Assembly (NCBI GenBank): GCA_963851255.1
Contig: CAWKOF010000007.1
Span: 55,826 to 119,825, forward strand
Source of the DNA: Vulcanimicrobiota bacterium
GTDB taxonomy: Bacteria > Vulcanimicrobiota > Vulcanimicrobiia > Vulcanimicrobiales > Vulcanimicrobiaceae
Direction: 5' to 3'
DNA: 64,000 nt
The position numbers and the translations under genes were made by a program. Shown here piece after piece: positions 61,416 to 64,000 of this stretch. The notes beneath the pieces were generated by a model. The model was not told the origin of the DNA. It ran no database searches and saw only the letters and a list, made by a program, of their open reading frames with translations. Every line of letters begins with the position of its first letter. Within the stretch, counting starts at the first letter, position 1.

Positions 61416-62078
61416 ATGTACGCTCACCGCTCGATAGCTGCCGTGACCGCTGCTCTTGTTCTTGCGGCCTTAACGTCGGCTTCGGCCGCTCCGAACCATG
61501 TCGAATCCGGTTCTTTCGCAGGTTGTCCCGCGCACGGCTCCGGCGGTGACCCGCAAGTCAACGCACTCAAGAACCGCAGCGCTGCGCCGGCGTCAACCAT
61601 TCCGATCACCGTTGCAGGCATGAAGCAGCTGCCGATTCTGCCGGCCGCCACGCCAACAATGCGCGCGAAATGGCCGGCGTCTTCGCGAGCCACGATTGAG
61701 CCGCATGAGGGCCAAGGCGTTGTGTTCACCGGTTACATTCTGCAGGTGGCGCGCGAAACGGGCGAGCCGAGCAACTGCGGATCGACGCTGCCGCGCGATG
61801 AAGACGTCGAGCTCTTTCTGGCTCAGCGACCCGGCGTAACCGACGGCCAGCAAATTATTCTTGGCGAAATAACGCCTCGCTGGCGCGCCGCCTATACATC
61901 CTGGCGACCCGTGAATCTGCGCGGCGTGGCGGGGGGCCGTCGCATCCGCATTACTGGCTGGTTGCTCTATGATCAAGAGTCGTTCGGCGAAACCCACGGC
62001 GGGACCGCGACGCCTTGGGAAATCGAACCGATTACCAACGTTGAGGTGTTGCGAAACGGTAGCTGGGTGAACCTCTAG
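61416..62078 (+). CDS. Secreted hypothetical protein
   Basis: I prefer ATG 61416 (AAGGAGG RBS at 61401-61407), with signal peptide MYAHRSIAAVTAALVLAALTSASA. No family recognised. Confidence 0.5.
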   Translation: MYAHRSIAAVTAALVLAALTSASAAPNHVESGSFAGCPAHGSGGDPQVNALKNRSAAPASTIPITVAGMKQLPILPAATPTMRAKWPASSRATIEPHEGQGVVFTGYILQVARETGEPSNCGSTLPRDEDVELFLAQRPGVTDGQQIILGEITPRWRAAYTSWRPVNLRGVAGGRRIRITGWLLYDQESFGETHGGTATPWEIEPITNVEVLRNGSWVNL

Positions 62079-62107
62079 CGCAGAAAGGGGTGCATCTACC
62101 TTATCCT

Positions 62108-62950
62108 TTACCAGAACTGAAGCACCATGCCGGCACCGATGTAGTTGAACTTCAGCGCGTCGATTCCAGTGAACGCGTGACCGTACTCGAGGTCGATCTC
62201 GGTTCGGGTTCCGAGCAGCTTCTGCACGCCGAAATCCGTGAACGCTCGCGCACCCTGAAGAGGAGAAACCTTCGACTGCAGCACGTACTCGGCGTAGAAC
62301 TGATAGTAGTTGGGAATCTGCGTGGTCACGACGAGCGACGGCATCGTGACGCCATATTGGAAGTGTTCGTCTCCGGCATATCCGCCGGTCGACGATACGG
62401 CGATCGTCGTGCCGATGCTCGTTGCGGGACTCATCGAGAACGACGCATCGAGGTTTCCGGTGATCGTTGCGTTGCCGGCCGTTAGGAACTCCGATCCGTT
62501 CGGCCCAGTATAGAGGCCGTCAAATGCGACCGTCCAACGCCCGCTCGGCGGCAGCTCGTACTTGATTCCCAACCCGGAGTCGTTGACGCCGTGCAGCGTA
62601 GTGCTTGGTATACCCGGGCCGTAGGTGCGCACGCCCTCGTAGTTCGGCCCGATGACGTCGAACTCGAAGCGATCGGCGACACCGATGCGCAGAAAGTTCT
62701 GCAGAACTTGGCTTTCCACGCTGCCCTCCTCCGCCGTTCCGAGAACCTCGTTTTGATAGCCCAACTCGAAGACCGCAGTATGCTTGGCAACCGCGCAGGC
62801 GCTAAACCCGACGGTCGGGCGGTTCGCGGTGGCGAGCAGCCGGCCAGGACCGTCGCACGGATCGTTTTGCGGGCGCGGCGACGGTGACGGCTGCGGCTGC
62901 GCGCCGGCCGGAGTTCCGCCGAGCAACGCGAGAGCGTAGAGTGCTATCAT
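62108..62950 (-). CDS. Putative outer-membrane beta-barrel protein
   Basis: Signal peptide, then a Pro-rich linker (QPQPSPSPRPQ), alternating beta-strand-like pattern, and C-terminal aromatic GAGMVLQFW. Start ambiguous: ATG 62950, or GTG 62968 which gives MARICLMIALYAL. Confidence 0.55.
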   Translation of the reverse strand: MIALYALALLGGTPAGAQPQPSPSPRPQNDPCDGPGRLLATANRPTVGFSACAVAKHTAVFELGYQNEVLGTAEEGSVESQVLQNFLRIGVADRFEFDVIGPNYEGVRTYGPGIPSTTLHGVNDSGLGIKYELPPSGRWTVAFDGLYTGPNGSEFLTAGNATITGNLDASFSMSPATSIGTTIAVSSTGGYAGDEHFQYGVTMPSLVVTTQIPNYYQFYAEYVLQSKVSPLQGARAFTDFGVQKLLGTRTEIDLEYGHAFTGIDALKFNYIGAGMVLQFW

Positions 62951-64000
62951 GAGGCAGATGCGTGCCACGCCGGGGTACCTTCGGCTAGCCGTCGTGCTTA
63001 GCGTGACGCTCGCGCCGTCGACCGCGACGGCACTCGCACAGAGCGCTACCCCGCAACCCTCACCCATTGCATCGCCCGCGCCCACCGCGTCGCCCGCTCC
63101 AACCACATCGCCGCGCGCATCGGGTCTGCAGTTTGCAACCACCTTCGCCACGACATTCCTCAATCAGAACACGTCGGGCCCGGGGCAAATCGGGCCCGAA
63201 GCAGCCGGCTATCTGATGGGAGGCGCCATTGCGCCGAACACGCCGTACGATGCGTTTTCGAGCGCGCCGCTGACGCCCGGCATCGCCGGCATCGCCGATG
63301 CGCTCACGACCGCAACCGAACGCACCAAAACGGTCGACATTAGCCTGAATGCGGCGCTCGAATACGTCGGCGGCAGCGTCACGAACGCGTCGTATTGGGG
63401 CGAGAACCTCATTCCGACGATGAACCCGCATATGGGTTCGCAGGCATTGCCGTATGCGATAACATTTCCTACCGCGCCCGGGCAGGACGACGGCGGCAAC
63501 TTTCGCCTCTCCGTTCTCGGGGGATCGGTCGCGACCGCCGACGGCAACCTCGCGTTGAAGTTCGGCTACTTCGACCTCGCACAGACGGCGCGCTTCGTCT
63601 TCATCCAGCCGCTGCTCACGAGCGTCAACCCCGCGATCGCCTACGCTCCGGCCGAGACGCTATCGAGCGGTCTGCCGGGAAGCGATGACTGGCAACCGTT
63701 CTCGACCCAGCTCGCGCTCGATGGTGCCGACCTGCTCGCGAAGAAAGGAATCGCCACGTTCGAGCTGACGACGGGAGCTCTTCCGTCTTTGCCGGACGCG
63801 AGCGCGCGTATCACAATCGGATCGCTCGCCTTCGATCACGGTGAAGGCACGACGTACGCACTCCAAGTTCTGCATGCGACAACCTCGGGAGCATCATTCG
63901 TAACCAGCGTTGCGTTTGGTGCGAATCCGCACTTCTTTCCCACACCGCAGGGCATGCTGGCAAGCAGCACGCTGAGCGGCCAGCAGCAGACGATCGCGGG
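62949..64000 (+). CDS. Secreted/outer-membrane protein, 5' partial (runs off the window)
   Basis: Not in the ORF track because it has no stop. I checked codon by codon that the frame from ATG 62949 stays open to 64000 (350 codons). Signal peptide LRLAVVLSVTLAPSTATALA, then a Pro/Ser/Thr linker. Confidence 0.55.
   Translation, partial: MRQMRATPGYLRLAVVLSVTLAPSTATALAQSATPQPSPIASPAPTASPAPTTSPRASGLQFATTFATTFLNQNTSGPGQIGPEAAGYLMGGAIAPNTPYDAFSSAPLTPGIAGIADALTTATERTKTVDISLNAALEYVGGSVTNASYWGENLIPTMNPHMGSQALPYAITFPTAPGQDDGGNFRLSVLGGSVATADGNLALKFGYFDLAQTARFVFIQPLLTSVNPAIAYAPAETLSSGLPGSDDWQPFSTQLALDGADLLAKKGIATFELTTGALPSLPDASARITIGSLAFDHGEGTTYALQVLHATTSGASFVTSVAFGANPHFFPTPQGMLASSTLSGQQQTIA

Overview
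GC-rich, gene-dense bacterial chromosomal window with about 60 CDS. Many neighbouring genes share stop/start overlaps (ATGA, GTGA, TAATG), and GC3 bias is strong, so the ORF track holds many long Arg-rich antisense or off-frame artefacts. I found no rRNA, tRNA, CRISPR array, transposase, integrase or phage genes. It reads as core chromosome of a probably diderm bacterium (OM beta-barrel candidates present); I cannot name the lineage from sequence alone.

Blocks:
- 39-3765: FAH-family hydrolase plus pntAA-pntAB-pntB transhydrogenase.
- 3841-10185: GloVer-type repeat lipoprotein, AcrB-type RND pump, orphan family-5 solute-binding protein.
- 10184-15070: lrp-kdd-kamA (partial lysine/beta-lysine pathway) plus S9 peptidase.
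- 15086-18425: P450, DUF2079-like membrane protein, LOG.
- 18566-22504: Kgd/OdhA-type E2o-E1o fusion.
- 22547-27804: diheme cytochrome c plus Tat protein, dienelactone hydrolase, rmuC, peroxiredoxin, acyl-CoA dehydrogenase.
- 27850-40238: envelope/division supercluster ftsE-ftsX-M23-ctp-ctp, rne, and rodA-minE-minD-minD-minC.
- 40378-47551: M48 protease, DUF697-like protein, retropepsin/PDZ protease, small enzymes, Uma2.
- 47618-56086: form I aerobic CO dehydrogenase cluster (coxM-S-L-G plus XdhC, MoxR, VWA and MocA-like maturation genes).
- 56179-64000: patatin-like lipase, hydrolases, oxidoreductase, secreted and OM proteins.

I see no canonical defence or mobile island. The most unusual items are:
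- a tandem pair of intact MinD paralogues inside a tightly coupled minC-minD-minD-minE-rodA operon;
- a complete E2o (lipoyl + PSBD + core) fused to E1o;
- a kamA+kdd pair without the aminomutase that normally links them;
- a dispersed REP-like element family that also sits inside coding sequence;
- a TM-containing patatin lipase preceded by an interrupted HTH-like ORF.

All family calls come from motif recognition by eye; no database search was possible.
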